From contig JBAYJR010000001.1 in assembly GCA_041665005.1 (NCBI GenBank), positions 70,727-131,540 of the forward strand: a DNA stretch of 60,814 nucleotides, in the 5' to 3' direction. Below the pieces are notes generated by a model that had not been told where the DNA came from, searched no databases, and saw only the letters and a list, made by a program, of their open reading frames with translations. This DNA is from Candidatus Buchananbacteria bacterium. GTDB taxonomy: Bacteria; Patescibacteriota; Patescibacteriia; 2-01-FULL-39-33; JBAYJR01. The position numbers were made by a program, and so were the translations under genes. Below are positions 1 to 9,551 of this stretch, in pieces; the first letter of the stretch is position 1; each line of letters opens with the position of its first letter.

Positions 1-375
1 GCTGGAATTTCTTTGGTGGTTGGTGGAGTGGGGGTTTCTAATATTATGTATGTTTCAATTAAAGAACGGACTTACGAAATTGGTTTACGTAAAGCTTTGG
101 GCGCGACTGCTAAATATATTTTATGGCAATTTTTATGGGAGGCCGTAGTCATTACTGTGTTTGGGGGGATTATCGGAGTGGTCTTAGGGGTTATTTTTTC
201 GGTTTTAGCTTCGTTGGGTGCCAGTTTAGCGGGCTATGATTGGCCTTTGGCTATTTCGGGAGTCGCGATTATAACTTCTTTTGGTTTGTCGGTTTTGGTG
301 GGGTTAGTTTTTGGTGTTTATCCGGCCAGGCACGCAGCTCGGTTAAGCCCAGTGGATGCTTTGCGGTATGAATAA
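1..375 (+). CDS. MacB/FtsX-family ABC transporter permease, C-terminal part (5' truncated by window)
   Basis: Frame open from base 1; motif SLVVGGVGVSNIMYVSIKERTYEIGLRKALGA and ending PARHAARLSPVDALRYE. Confidence 0.92.
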   Translation, partial: AGISLVVGGVGVSNIMYVSIKERTYEIGLRKALGATAKYILWQFLWEAVVITVFGGIIGVVLGVIFSVLASLGASLAGYDWPLAISGVAIITSFGLSVLVGLVFGVYPARHAARLSPVDALRYE

Positions 376-394
376 ATTTAGTTTTGGCCGGGTC

Positions 395-422
395 TTGACA
401 AATTTTTAGATTATGATAAGAT
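395..422 (+). promoter_or_regulatory. sigma70-type promoter
   Basis: TTGACA 395-400; extended -10 TGaTAAGAT 414-422. Confidence 0.6.
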
Positions 423-427
423 AGGTT

Positions 428-532
428 TAGAAGGGGTTTTAATCCCCACCATTCGGCCAATAGGAAGGGTCTGGCCGGATGATTGATTCAATCGATGGGT
501 AGAAGCGTCAAAACTTCTACCCTTTTTCTTTT
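428..532 (+). ncRNA. candidate small structured RNA or attenuated leader (~105 nt)
   Basis: Between promoter and terminator; hairpins GGGG-TTTTAAT-CCCC (433-447) and CATTCGGCCA/TGGCCGGATG (450-481). Confidence 0.45.
497..532 (+). terminator. intrinsic terminator
   Basis: GGGTAGAAG/CTTCTACCC stem followed by TTTTTCTTTT. Confidence 0.8.
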
Positions 533-557
533 CTAGTAAATTTAGTATGATATAGCT

Positions 558-1670
558 ATGTCTTTAACTCGTTTTATACCTGGATCGAAACATTTTGATT
601 GGCCACTGTTTTTGGCAGTGTTGCTGTTGGTTTGTGTTGGCCTGGCGGCTTTGTATAGTATGGCCCAAAGTCAGGATCAGGCTGATTATTCTACACTATA
701 CAAACAAATTATAGCGACGGCAGGTGGAATGGGGTTGTTAATTTTTTTTGCGGTGATTGATTATCGGCAGTGGCGCAAGGCTTCAAAGTTCTTTTATTTA
801 ATTTCTTTAGTTTTATTGGTTGGCGTTTTATTTTTTGGCCGAACGATTAGAGGTACTAGAGGCTGGTTAGTAATTGGGGGTTGGCAGTGGCAGGTAGTTG
901 AGGCGGTAAAATTTTGTTTAATTTTTTTCTTAGCCGATTTTTTGGCAAATAATTTAGCTTTGATGTCGTTTAAAAAAATAATTCAGAGTGGATTTTTAGT
1001 GTTAATATTTTTTGTTTTAGTAATATTACAACCAGATTTTGGTTCGGCGATGGTTTTATTTTTTATTTGGTTGGCTAGTTTATTTTTTTCTAAAATGCCG
1101 ATTAAATATTGGCTAGTAATAGTGGGTTTGGCCTTAGTGGTTGGTGCCGTAGGTTGGTTGTGGTTGTTGCAAGATTTTCAAAAAGATCGTATTTTGACTT
1201 TTTTTGATCCATCGCTAGACCCTTATGGTCGGGGATACAACGTTACGCAAGCCAAGATTGCGGTGGGGGCGGGACAAATTTTTGGCCGTGGGTTGGGCTT
1301 TGGTACCCAAAGCCAGTTAAGATTTATTCCCGAAGCGCAGACGGATTTTATTTTTGCGGTGGTGGCCGAAGAATTGGGTTTGGTTGGCGCCGGTTTAATT
1401 ATTGGTTTATTGGCCCTAATTTTTTGGCGGGGAATTAAAATTGCCAAAGAGGCTCGCGACGACTATGGTTCGTTATTAATAATGTTTTTTTTAGGCTTAA
1501 TTTTTGTCCAGGCTTTTGTTAATATTGGGATGAATATTGGTTTGTTGCCGGTCACGGGTATTGCCTTGCCATTTGTTAGTTCGGGTGGTAGTTTTTTAAC
1601 CATTTGTTTGGCTTTAGTCGGAGTGACTGAAAGTGTTGCTTATCAGGCTAGAAAAATTAAATATACCTAA
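558..1670 (+). CDS. rodA: SEDS peptidoglycan glycosyltransferase RodA
   Basis: Multi-TM; motifs GTRGW, LQPDFGSA, GYNVTQAKIAVGAG, FIPEAQTDFIFAVVAEELG, GIALPFVSSGGS. Confidence 0.88.
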   Translation: MSLTRFIPGSKHFDWPLFLAVLLLVCVGLAALYSMAQSQDQADYSTLYKQIIATAGGMGLLIFFAVIDYRQWRKASKFFYLISLVLLVGVLFFGRTIRGTRGWLVIGGWQWQVVEAVKFCLIFFLADFLANNLALMSFKKIIQSGFLVLIFFVLVILQPDFGSAMVLFFIWLASLFFSKMPIKYWLVIVGLALVVGAVGWLWLLQDFQKDRILTFFDPSLDPYGRGYNVTQAKIAVGAGQIFGRGLGFGTQSQLRFIPEAQTDFIFAVVAEELGLVGAGLIIGLLALIFWRGIKIAKEARDDYGSLLIMFFLGLIFVQAFVNIGMNIGLLPVTGIALPFVSSGGSFLTICLALVGVTESVAYQARKIKYT

Positions 1671-1762
1671 AAATAAAGATTTTTTGTTTATATTTTTTAG
1701 AGTTGAAACTTGACCAGCTGTTTAGTTGTATAATATAATAGCAGTAATAAAGCCAAGAAAAT

Positions 1763-2101
1763 ATGAGAGAATTCAACTTTTCTAACAACTTACCAAATTT
1801 TTCTGACGAAAGCCTAAAGTTAGTGGCTTTTTGTCCGGTTTGTCAGATGCGTTATAATCCTTTGCAGGCTCAGGTGGTCAGCGAAAGAGAAGGGGCGCAT
1901 TTGTTACATATCAAATGTCATAATTGCTATAGTTCAATTTTAGCTTTAATTTTAGCCAATAATTTTGGAGTTTCTTCGGTTGGTCTAATTACTGATTTGG
2001 ATGGCTCGGAAGTAATCAAATTTAAAGATTACGCCCAAATTTCAGATGATGAAGTGTTAGCTTTGGAGGAAGTATTAGCTAAAGCGGAACAAATTTTTTA
2101 A
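1763..2101 (+). CDS. hypothetical protein with two CxxC pairs (putative Zn ribbon)
   Basis: CPVC...CHNC; own promoter-like TTGACC...TATAAT upstream. Confidence 0.7.
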   Translation: MREFNFSNNLPNFSDESLKLVAFCPVCQMRYNPLQAQVVSEREGAHLLHIKCHNCYSSILALILANNFGVSSVGLITDLDGSEVIKFKDYAQISDDEVLALEEVLAKAEQIF

Positions 2102-2185
2102 TAATCTTGGTGGGTCTTGCCAAAGTTTGATTTTTTTGCTAAACTACGGCTACTAGTAGTTTTTTAATTTGTAAATAATTTATTT

Positions 2186-2860
2186 ATGATTTTAGATCTC
2201 AAAAGCCAATCCCGACAGTTAGTTGGTAAAAAAGTTGAAAGTTTACGTCAGCAAGATTTAATTCCGGCGGTAATTTATGGCCACGGTGTGGAAGCCAAAA
2301 ATTTAGCCATTGCGGCCAAAGAGTTTGGTAAAATTTTTAGTCAATCCGGTGAAAGTACTTTGGTAGATTTGACTATTGATGAGCAAAAGCCTGTTAAAGT
2401 ATTAATTCAAGCCGTTCAACGTGATCCCATTAGCTCTAAGGTGATTCATGTTGATTTTCATCAAGTTAGAATGGATGAAAAGATTATTACCGAAGTGCCG
2501 TTAAAATTTGTTGGTGAGGCTGGTGCAGTTAAGAGCTTGGGAGGGGTATTTGTTCATGTGTTAGATCACGTTAAAATTGAATGTTTGCCAACAGAACTAC
2601 TTTCAGAAATTGTGGTAGATATTAGTGTTTTGGCTAACTTCGAAAATAAAATTCACATTAAAGATTTAAAGGTTGGAGCTGGGGTTAAAATTTTAGGCGA
2701 AGCTGAAGAAACGGTTGCCTTGGTAGAAGCCCCGCGGACTGAACAAGAAATGGCTGATTTGGAAGCTACTGCCACCGCTACGGTAATTGAACCAGAAGTA
2801 GCTGGCAAAACCGAAAGCGCGGCTGCTACTGCTACTCCTGCTGCCGAAGAGAAAAAATAA
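2186..2860 (+). CDS. rplY: 50S ribosomal protein L25 (long Ctc type)
   Basis: LRQQDLIPAVIYGHG, HVDFHQV, GGVFVH; Ala/Thr/Glu-rich tail. Confidence 0.95.
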   Translation: MILDLKSQSRQLVGKKVESLRQQDLIPAVIYGHGVEAKNLAIAAKEFGKIFSQSGESTLVDLTIDEQKPVKVLIQAVQRDPISSKVIHVDFHQVRMDEKIITEVPLKFVGEAGAVKSLGGVFVHVLDHVKIECLPTELLSEIVVDISVLANFENKIHIKDLKVGAGVKILGEAEETVALVEAPRTEQEMADLEATATATVIEPEVAGKTESAAATATPAAEEKK

Positions 2861-2881
2861 TTTTAGTTTAATTTAAAACTT

Positions 2882-3928
2882 GTGAGCAAGCTTGTCGCTT
2901 ACAAAAAAATCATCATCATTGGTCTGATTACTTCAGTCGTTCTGATGGTGATTTTTTATTTTGCTTATCGTGGCCGGGAGGTGGTATACGTTAATCAGCC
3001 AACCAACAGCTTGGTCAGCGAGGTACCAAAATTGAGGCGGGCCTTAGACGGAGTGTTGGTGGAAAACCCAGAATTGCAAAATAAGTTTCCCGTTGCCGTG
3101 ATGGTTGAGAATTATATTGAAGCCAGACCACAGGCGGGCTTAAATCAAGCACAGGTGGTCTATGAGGCGCTAACGGAAGGTGGCATTACTAGATTTTTGG
3201 CTTTGTATGACTTAAGTGTGCCTGTGTCAAAAATTGGTCCCGTACGTTCGGCGCGTCCTTACTATTTAGATTTAGTGGCCGAATACCAGGCCGTGTATGC
3301 TCATTGTGGTGGCAGTGACCAGGCTTTGACAGAAATTACCCAGGGTAAATTTTTAGATTTAAATGAATATGCCTACGCTAAGTATTATTGGCGTGATACT
3401 ACTCGACCGGCCTCGCACGATCTTTTTACTAATTCGGAAAAACTTAGTTTGGCGGTAGCAAAATTAACCAGTAAAACCACTGGTCAATTTAAACCCTGGT
3501 CATTTAAAACAGACGGGCCAATTACCCCTTCACCGATTAAAGAAATTAGTGTTTTGTATAGCAAAACGGAAAAAAGTTATCAAGTGGCTTGGGCTTACCA
3601 AAAAGAGACCAATGATTATTTACGCTATCAAGCGGGAACCAAGCATCATTTAGAAGATGGTTCAGAAATTAAGGCCAAAAATGTTTTGTTGATGTTTGTT
3701 AAAAAGCAGGAATTAAATGATGAATTACAACATATTAATCTAACTTTAACTGGCCAAGGTCGTTTGGTGGCTTTTTTGGATGGTCGGGTAGTTGAAGGGC
3801 AATGGCAAAAAACCGATCGAACTAGCCGGACTAAGTTATTAAATAGTAATAACGAAGAATTGATTTTAAACGCAGGACCAATTTGGATTGAGTTGGTGCC
3901 CGAAGGCACGGTTACGGCTTGGCAATAA
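2882..3928 (+). CDS. DUF3048 (YerB-like) membrane-anchored protein
   Basis: AVMVEN...ARPQAGL...VYEALTEGGITRF, IGPVRSARPY, AHCGGS; N-terminal TM. Confidence 0.88.
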   Translation: MSKLVAYKKIIIIGLITSVVLMVIFYFAYRGREVVYVNQPTNSLVSEVPKLRRALDGVLVENPELQNKFPVAVMVENYIEARPQAGLNQAQVVYEALTEGGITRFLALYDLSVPVSKIGPVRSARPYYLDLVAEYQAVYAHCGGSDQALTEITQGKFLDLNEYAYAKYYWRDTTRPASHDLFTNSEKLSLAVAKLTSKTTGQFKPWSFKTDGPITPSPIKEISVLYSKTEKSYQVAWAYQKETNDYLRYQAGTKHHLEDGSEIKAKNVLLMFVKKQELNDELQHINLTLTGQGRLVAFLDGRVVEGQWQKTDRTSRTKLLNSNNEELILNAGPIWIELVPEGTVTAWQ

Positions 3929-3958
3929 TAATTATTTTTTATAAAGTTAAAATAAATT

Positions 3959-4930
3959 ATGACAAAAAACAAGAAAATTGCTTGGTGGTGTGTGTTGGGA
4001 CCAGTTTTATTAATGGTTTTAGATTTTATTATTTACGCTGGGGTAGGATTTTTAAAGGCGCAGGGAAGTTTAGCTCAAGATTCTTCAAGTTTGGTAATTA
4101 TTAATCTGGTGGCTGGTTTGGTTATGTTAATTTCGGTGATCGGACTAATAATTGGGATTGTTCTGGCAGTATTTTATAGTAACAAAAAAGAAGCGGTTGA
4201 TTTTAGTACAGAATTAGAACAACAAAAATACATTGATAGTTGGTCTTGGGCCGGCTTTTTTGGTAGTTTTGTTTATGCTTTTGGTAATCGATTAAAAAAT
4301 TGGGGCCTGGGTTTAATATTTTTATGTATAGTGGAGATGATTTTTTTTATTTTGCCTTATTTAGATAAAAATTTGGCGGCCAGTTTAGCGATGAGTAAAT
4401 CAATGTTTAGTTTAATAGGTTTAGTCGCGGCGATTTATTTGGGTATTAAGGGACGCAAGTTGGCTTGGCAAAAGGGCGCTTGGTCGTCTTTTGCGGAGTT
4501 TCAGGTTAGACAACAAAAGATTATTAAATACATTTGGTTGTATTTAATTTTAATGTTTATTGTTGGTATAATTATCGGTGGAGTGGCGGTTTATTCGCAG
4601 TTTGGTGCAGTTTTAAAGGGTGCGGATAAAATGTCTTTGGAGGAAGAAGCTAAGGTAATGGTTAGCTACATTGAGGCGCAAGGTCGGACAGTAGAGGATA
4701 AGGAAATTTTTAAAACTGCGTATATAATTGGTCGGACCGAAGGCGGTTTATTAAAAGCAACCAGCACAGTGCCAGTGGTAGTTAAGGTTGATTATGTAGC
4801 GGGTTATGCTTCGGGTTACGCGGTTGGTTGTAGCAAATTAAAACCGCCGATACCTGACTGTGAAAAACGCGCTAAAGCAGCAATGACAGAACTGTTAAAT
4901 AAATTAATCAAACAGGAGTTGGTCAAATAG
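3959..4930 (+). CDS. multi-pass membrane protein with WSWAGFF motif
   Basis: About 5 hydrophobic segments, W-x-W-A-x-F motif, soluble C-terminus with a Cys pair. Confidence 0.7.
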   Translation: MTKNKKIAWWCVLGPVLLMVLDFIIYAGVGFLKAQGSLAQDSSSLVIINLVAGLVMLISVIGLIIGIVLAVFYSNKKEAVDFSTELEQQKYIDSWSWAGFFGSFVYAFGNRLKNWGLGLIFLCIVEMIFFILPYLDKNLAASLAMSKSMFSLIGLVAAIYLGIKGRKLAWQKGAWSSFAEFQVRQQKIIKYIWLYLILMFIVGIIIGGVAVYSQFGAVLKGADKMSLEEEAKVMVSYIEAQGRTVEDKEIFKTAYIIGRTEGGLLKATSTVPVVVKVDYVAGYASGYAVGCSKLKPPIPDCEKRAKAAMTELLNKLIKQELVK

Positions 4931-4934
4931 TAAT

Positions 4935-4965
4935 AAAAAACCCTTGCTAGTGCAAGGGTTTTTTT
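4935..4965. terminator. bidirectional terminator
   Basis: A6-CCCTTGC-tagt-GCAAGGG-T7 between convergent genes. Confidence 0.8.
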
Positions 4966-5816
4966 ATTTTTAACAGACGGTAACGTTTGGCGTAATCTTT
5001 AATAAAAATTAATTGATAGTTGGGTAATAGTTTTTTTACTAGTTTAATTAGTGCGGTTTTTTGATTTGGATCTATCTCTATCATCAAGTAACCGCCGGGC
5101 TTTAAATATAGGTCTGTTTGTTTGATGAGTTGTCTATAATACTTTAAACCATCAAAGCCCGCCAATAAGGCCAATTTTGGCTCGTGAACAATATTATTGT
5201 TCAGTCGGCTAAGATATGGTAAATTAGCGATAATTAAGTCAAAATATTGGTTTTTAAAAGGAGTCAAGAGGTTGCCTAACTTAAAGATAATTTTTTTAGT
5301 TACCTGATGCCTTTTGGTATTTTTTTTAGCTACGGCTAAAGCTTTAGCGGAAAGGTCGCTAGCCCAAAGTTGGCCACAAAAGTTAGTAGGAAGATTTTTG
5401 GCCAAGCTAATAATAATACCGCCCGAGCCAGTGCCAACTTCGCAAATAGTAAGTGGAGATTTTTTGGCCGTTAGTGGTGGTTGGCAAATCGCCAAAGCCT
5501 GCTCAACCAAAAGTTCAGTTTCGGGGCGGGGGATGAGCACGCGATTATCAACATAAAAATCTAGGCCAAAAAATTCTTTATGGCTTGTTAAATAAGCCAG
5601 GGGATAATTAGTGGCTCGCTTGGTGACTAGTTTTTTAAATTTAGCCAAAGATTTGGTTGAAACTTTTTGTTCGGGGTGAGTGTATAAATAAACTTTAGTT
5701 TTTTTCAAAACAAAAGCCAACAAAATTTCGGAGTCAAGATAGGCCGAATTTTTGAGTAATTTTTTTAGTTGCTGTTGCCCCCAAATTAGAGCTTGTTGGA
5801 TGGTGTTTTTGTTCAT
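4947..5816 (-). CDS. prmC: release factor glutamine methyltransferase PrmC/HemK
   Basis: VLIPRPETE, EVGTGSG, ANLPY (NPPY-like), EPKLAL. Confidence 0.95.
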   Translation of the reverse strand: MNKNTIQQALIWGQQQLKKLLKNSAYLDSEILLAFVLKKTKVYLYTHPEQKVSTKSLAKFKKLVTKRATNYPLAYLTSHKEFFGLDFYVDNRVLIPRPETELLVEQALAICQPPLTAKKSPLTICEVGTGSGGIIISLAKNLPTNFCGQLWASDLSAKALAVAKKNTKRHQVTKKIIFKLGNLLTPFKNQYFDLIIANLPYLSRLNNNIVHEPKLALLAGFDGLKYYRQLIKQTDLYLKPGGYLMIEIDPNQKTALIKLVKKLLPNYQLIFIKDYAKRYRLLKIKKPLH

Positions 5817-5881
5817 CTTGACAAAAGGTTAAATAAGTGTTAAGAATAGATTAGAAAAATTTTATAAAAGGAGGCAATCAT

Positions 5882-6361
5882 ATGCGTATTAATGGTCGGC
5901 ACTATGAATTTTTTTGTGAGGTTTGCAAAAAACCTTATAATTTAAAAGATGCGAAGAGAAGGCATTATAAGGTCAAGGACCATCATCACGATTGTGATTC
6001 TTACTGTGGTTATTGCTGTTGTCCTTATTGCGGTTATTGTAGAGATTTTTTCAGCGTGATTGATCGGGTTTGTGCTTTGGAGGAATTATCGGTGGTTTTC
6101 TACCCAGGAACTAATCCATTGAAAATGGAGATTAATCAAGCTAAAGAAGTTACCGATGAAATTATTGACGAAATAAAAAGATGGTGGCCAACGGGTCGTC
6201 ATTTTCCAAAGCATCTAACGGCATCTGTGTCCAGGGCGATAAAAGAAAACCTTATGTTTGTTGCCTCAGTAGATGATAGCATGTTAGATACTAGTGCCAT
6301 CTTAGAAAGTATTTTAGCAGAGGTTGCCGCGAGTTGGCCAAAACCCAAAAAACGTCGGTAA
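5882..6361 (+). CDS. Cys/His-rich orphan protein
   Basis: CEVC, HHHDCDSYCGYCCCPYCGYC; AAGGAGG SD at 5868-5874; TTGACA at 5818-5823. Confidence 0.7.
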   Translation: MRINGRHYEFFCEVCKKPYNLKDAKRRHYKVKDHHHDCDSYCGYCCCPYCGYCRDFFSVIDRVCALEELSVVFYPGTNPLKMEINQAKEVTDEIIDEIKRWWPTGRHFPKHLTASVSRAIKENLMFVASVDDSMLDTSAILESILAEVAASWPKPKKRR

Positions 6362-6366
6362 ATTTT

Positions 6367-6400
6367 AAGCCTAGTTTAACAAAAACTAGGCTTTTTATTT
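6367..6400 (+). terminator. intrinsic terminator
   Basis: AAGCCTAGTTT/AAACTAGGCTT followed by a T-run. Confidence 0.75.
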
Positions 6401-7447
6401 GTCTTTTCTATCGGCGGCTTTTAGGGCGGTAATAATATCGTCAAGATTGCCTTCCATGATATTGGGTAAATTATGAAAGTTTTGTTCAATGCGGTGATCG
6501 GTGACGCGGTCTTGGGAAAAATTATAAGTGCGGATTTTTTCACTGCGGTCGCCCGAACCAATTTGTGAGCGACGCAAGGAGTCAAGAGTGTCTCGTTTTT
6601 TTTCTTCTTCTAAAGCTAATAGCCGAGAACGCAACACCATCATCGCTTTTTCGCGGTTTTGCGCTTGAGAGCGTTCGTCTTGGCAGGTAACAACTAAGCC
6701 AGTTGGTAAATGGACAATGCGAATTGCGGAATAAGTAGTGTTAACACTTTGACCGCCATGTCCGCCGGCGGTGGAGGTTTCAATTTTTAAATCTTTAGCC
6801 TCAATTTTTAAATCAATTTCTTCAGCTTCGGGGATAACCGCTACGGTTACGGTTGAAGTGTGTACTCGGCCGCTTTTTTCAGTTTCCGGTACTCGTTGGA
6901 CGCGATGGACACCGCTTTCATATTTTAAATAGCTATAAGCCCCGCGGCCGCGAATTTCAAAAATTACTTCTTTAAATCCGCCAATGCCTAAGTGACTGGC
7001 AGAAATTAAAATTGTGCGCCAGTTTTTTTTATCGGCAAAGTGCGAATAAACACGAAATAATTCCCCAGCAAACAAGGCCGCTTCATCGCCGCCGGCACCT
7101 GCCCGAATTTCCACAATAATGTTTTTGTTATCATTGGGGTCGGCGGGGGTTAAGAGCAAACCAATTTCGGTTTCTAGTTCGGTTTTTTTATGCCCCAAAG
7201 AAGTTAATTCTTCCTCATAGATGCGCCGTAGTTCTAGGTCGGTTTCTTCTTTAAGTAAAATTTGAGTTTCGGCCAATTCTTGTTTAACTTTGGTCAACTT
7301 TTCGTAGCAACTATTTACCTCTTGCAGTTCTTTGTATTCTCGAGAGCATTCTTGCAATTTTTTGTGGTCGCTAATTAGCTCCTGGCTTTGGAGAAGTTTT
7401 TCTAATTCTTCAATTCGTTCGCGGATTTTTTTTAGACGTTCTTCCAT
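6395..7447 (-). CDS. prfA: peptide chain release factor 1
   Basis: [25 protein letters not shown] (PxT), GGQ motif, SEKIRTYNF. Confidence 0.97.
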   Translation of the reverse strand: MEERLKKIRERIEELEKLLQSQELISDHKKLQECSREYKELQEVNSCYEKLTKVKQELAETQILLKEETDLELRRIYEEELTSLGHKKTELETEIGLLLTPADPNDNKNIIVEIRAGAGGDEAALFAGELFRVYSHFADKKNWRTILISASHLGIGGFKEVIFEIRGRGAYSYLKYESGVHRVQRVPETEKSGRVHTSTVTVAVIPEAEEIDLKIEAKDLKIETSTAGGHGGQSVNTTYSAIRIVHLPTGLVVTCQDERSQAQNREKAMMVLRSRLLALEEEKKRDTLDSLRRSQIGSGDRSEKIRTYNFSQDRVTDHRIEQNFHNLPNIMEGNLDDIITALKAADRKDK

Positions 7448-7530
7448 AAATATTTTTTGGGTAACAAAAAAAGATTAATCGTGCTTTACTATAAATAGTA
7501 TAGTCTGATTAATCTTTTTTTTCAAGGTTA

Positions 7531-7809
7531 TTATTTGGTGGCTTTCTTTTTATCAGCTAAGGCCTGCTTTTTTACCTTTTTGCCTTTTCGATCAGCGGAA
7601 GCCTTAACTTTATTGGCTACCTTGGCTTGGTATTTTTCTACGCGACGAGCGGCATCTACCAATTTTTGCTTACCGGTATAAAAAGGATGGCAAGCAGAAC
7701 AAATTTCTACGTGTAGTTCTTTAACAGTAGAACCAGTGGTAAAGGTATTACCGCAGGCGCAGATTACTTTGGCGTCGGAGTAATATTCGGGGTGAGTCTC
7801 TTTTTTCAT
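7531..7809 (-). CDS. rpmE: 50S ribosomal protein L31 (Zn-binding type)
   Basis: [26 protein letters not shown]. Confidence 0.97.
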   Translation of the reverse strand: MKKETHPEYYSDAKVICACGNTFTTGSTVKELHVEICSACHPFYTGKQKLVDAARRVEKYQAKVANKVKASADRKGKKVKKQALADKKKATK

Positions 7810-7935
7810 AAGAATATTGAGTCTTAAAAAGATTAATAATAGAATAGCTATATGATAACATAATTATTTTAGTTTGGCAAGCGCCAAGTTGGGTAAAAAA
7901 TAAACCCTGGATTTTTTGAATCCAGGGCCAAGGGT

Positions 7936-8112
7936 CTAGCAAACTAGGCCCAAAATACACAATACTACGGCTATTATTAAAAATAATAGCCCTAGTACGA
8001 AGTTGGCTATAGTATTTCTTCTTGACCAGAAGAATACTACAGCGATAAATAAAACCAACACACCAATTACCACGGTGGTTGGGTTAATGCCGTTGTTTAG
8101 TAGCTCTAACAT
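7936..8112 (-). CDS. small 2-TM protein, 58 aa (not in ORF track)
   Basis: MLELLNNGINPTTVVIGVLVLFIAVVFFWSRRNTIANFVLGLLFLIIAVVLCILGLVC; AAGGGGG SD; upstream TTGACA; downstream hairpin CCCTGGATT/AATCCAGGG. Confidence 0.7.
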   Translation of the reverse strand: MLELLNNGINPTTVVIGVLVLFIAVVFFWSRRNTIANFVLGLLFLIIAVVLCILGLVC

Positions 8113-8240
8113 TTTTCCCCCTTTTTTTATTTAGCTAAGTCTAGCATAATTTTTAGAATTTGTCAAGGCCAGTTGATTGAAAATCCCCAGCTTAATATTT
8201 TTCTAAGTTGGGGACTATAATTTTTTCAATCTGGAAAGTA

Positions 8241-8432
8241 CTAGGTGAATAATAATAGTAACATGATTATTCCCAACACAAATAATATTACTCCCAATCC
8301 CTGGGAGTCCTTGTTTTCTAGTATTGCTCCTGTAATTATTAAAACCAAGGCAATGGCTATTAAAAAGAATTTCATACAGCACATAAACAATATAGCCAAA
8401 AATAAAATTGAGAACTCGCCAAGTTTTTTCAT
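8241..8432 (-). CDS. small hydrophobic membrane protein, 63 aa
   Basis: ATG at 8432 follows AAGGAGG; the TTG at 8486 in the track is the -35 box TTGACA. Confidence 0.7.
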   Translation of the reverse strand: MKKLGEFSILFLAILFMCCMKFFLIAIALVLIITGAILENKDSQGLGVILFVLGIIMLLLLFT

Positions 8433-8555
8433 TGGATATTCCTCCTTTGTTTTTTCAAATTTAATCTTTTTAGTTAATTTTGTCAAGTCATAAAAAATCC
8501 CCCCTAGAATTATTTTTTAAATTCTAAGGGGGGGTTGGCGAGAGTATGACACTAG

Positions 8556-9290
8556 CTAATAAGAAATATACAATGATCCCCAAAATAGGAGACCAAAGAT
8601 TATGGCGAGGGATAATCCTTCGCCACCAAGCTTCTCGTTTTTTGTTGCTCTTGAACGGAAAATTATTACTATTCCAGTTATAAACAGTATAAGCGGAATT
8701 AAGGTGTAAAGCCTGTACACTACGAACAAATAATTAAAATACCAAGAGACGCATCCGTAGTAAAAAAGCAGGCAAATGGCCACGAGTATTATAAGCATTC
8801 CAATTATTTGTATCCCATCGCTAGGGATGGAACAAAGTATAGCTCCAAAAAGTAACGTTAGCCATAAAAGTATTGGTAAGAAAAAAGTAGGATCACCAAT
8901 GTCCTTTATTTGGTGGCCGCTGATTGCCGACAGCGATTTTTTCATTTCAATTTTACGTTGTTGGCTAATGGCAAGCGGTGACCGCGCCAGATAACTATTT
9001 ACTGTTTTTTCTAAACCGGGGTCAATATTAATCTTAACACCGTTGCTGTAGGTTTTGTTGAAATTCTCTCTAAGTTTTTCCCACATCGCTACTTGATAGA
9101 TGATGTCGGTTAACTCGTCGGAGTCAACTAAATCATCTTCTGCGCTTTTTTCTATTTCATAGATGATTTGTTGCTTGAAAGATTCCAGTTTTTGGATTTT
9201 TTCGGCTCGCTTGGTGGTTGTTGTCTGGTTTGCTGCCAGAGTTGTGATACTTAGTAATACAGCGATTAACAATAAAAGAATTTTTTTCAT
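8556..9290 (-). CDS. signal-peptide protein with C-terminal TM hairpins
   Basis: N-terminal signal peptide, helical soluble part, about 4 TM helices; AAGGAG SD. Confidence 0.75.
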   Translation of the reverse strand: MKKILLLLIAVLLSITTLAANQTTTTKRAEKIQKLESFKQQIIYEIEKSAEDDLVDSDELTDIIYQVAMWEKLRENFNKTYSNGVKINIDPGLEKTVNSYLARSPLAISQQRKIEMKKSLSAISGHQIKDIGDPTFFLPILLWLTLLFGAILCSIPSDGIQIIGMLIILVAICLLFYYGCVSWYFNYLFVVYRLYTLIPLILFITGIVIIFRSRATKNEKLGGEGLSLAIIFGLLFWGSLYISY

Positions 9291-9434
9291 TGTGCGTTTC
9301 TCCTTTTTTCTCTAAGGTTGTAAAGAGCATTTGATCGTATAGTATTTATTTATCAAATTTAGGGATTTTTGTCAAGGTCTTTGACTCTTGACAATATTTG
9401 GCTTTTTTATTATAATTAGCCTATCTTAATTTAA

Positions 9435-9551
9435 TTACCCATATTTCTGGATTATTCAGCTCCTGACTCTGCTAATTGCAGCAGCCCGCTGAATGAGATG
9501 AAAGAAATAGAGGCGTTTGCGATTTTCGCAAACTAACAAAAGGAAAAAAAT
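9435..9551 (+). promoter_or_regulatory. structured rpsB 5' leader (candidate S2 autoregulatory element)
   Basis: Nested stems TATTTCT/AGAAATA, ATTCAGC/GCTGAAT, CTGC/GCAG, then GAGGC and hairpin TTTGCG/CGCAAA. Confidence 0.5.

Noticed and set aside
7466-7522. Long inverted repeat between rpmE and prfA as a mobile-element end
   Set aside because: A-run/T-run flanked hairpin consistent with a simple terminator; no second copy or transposase.
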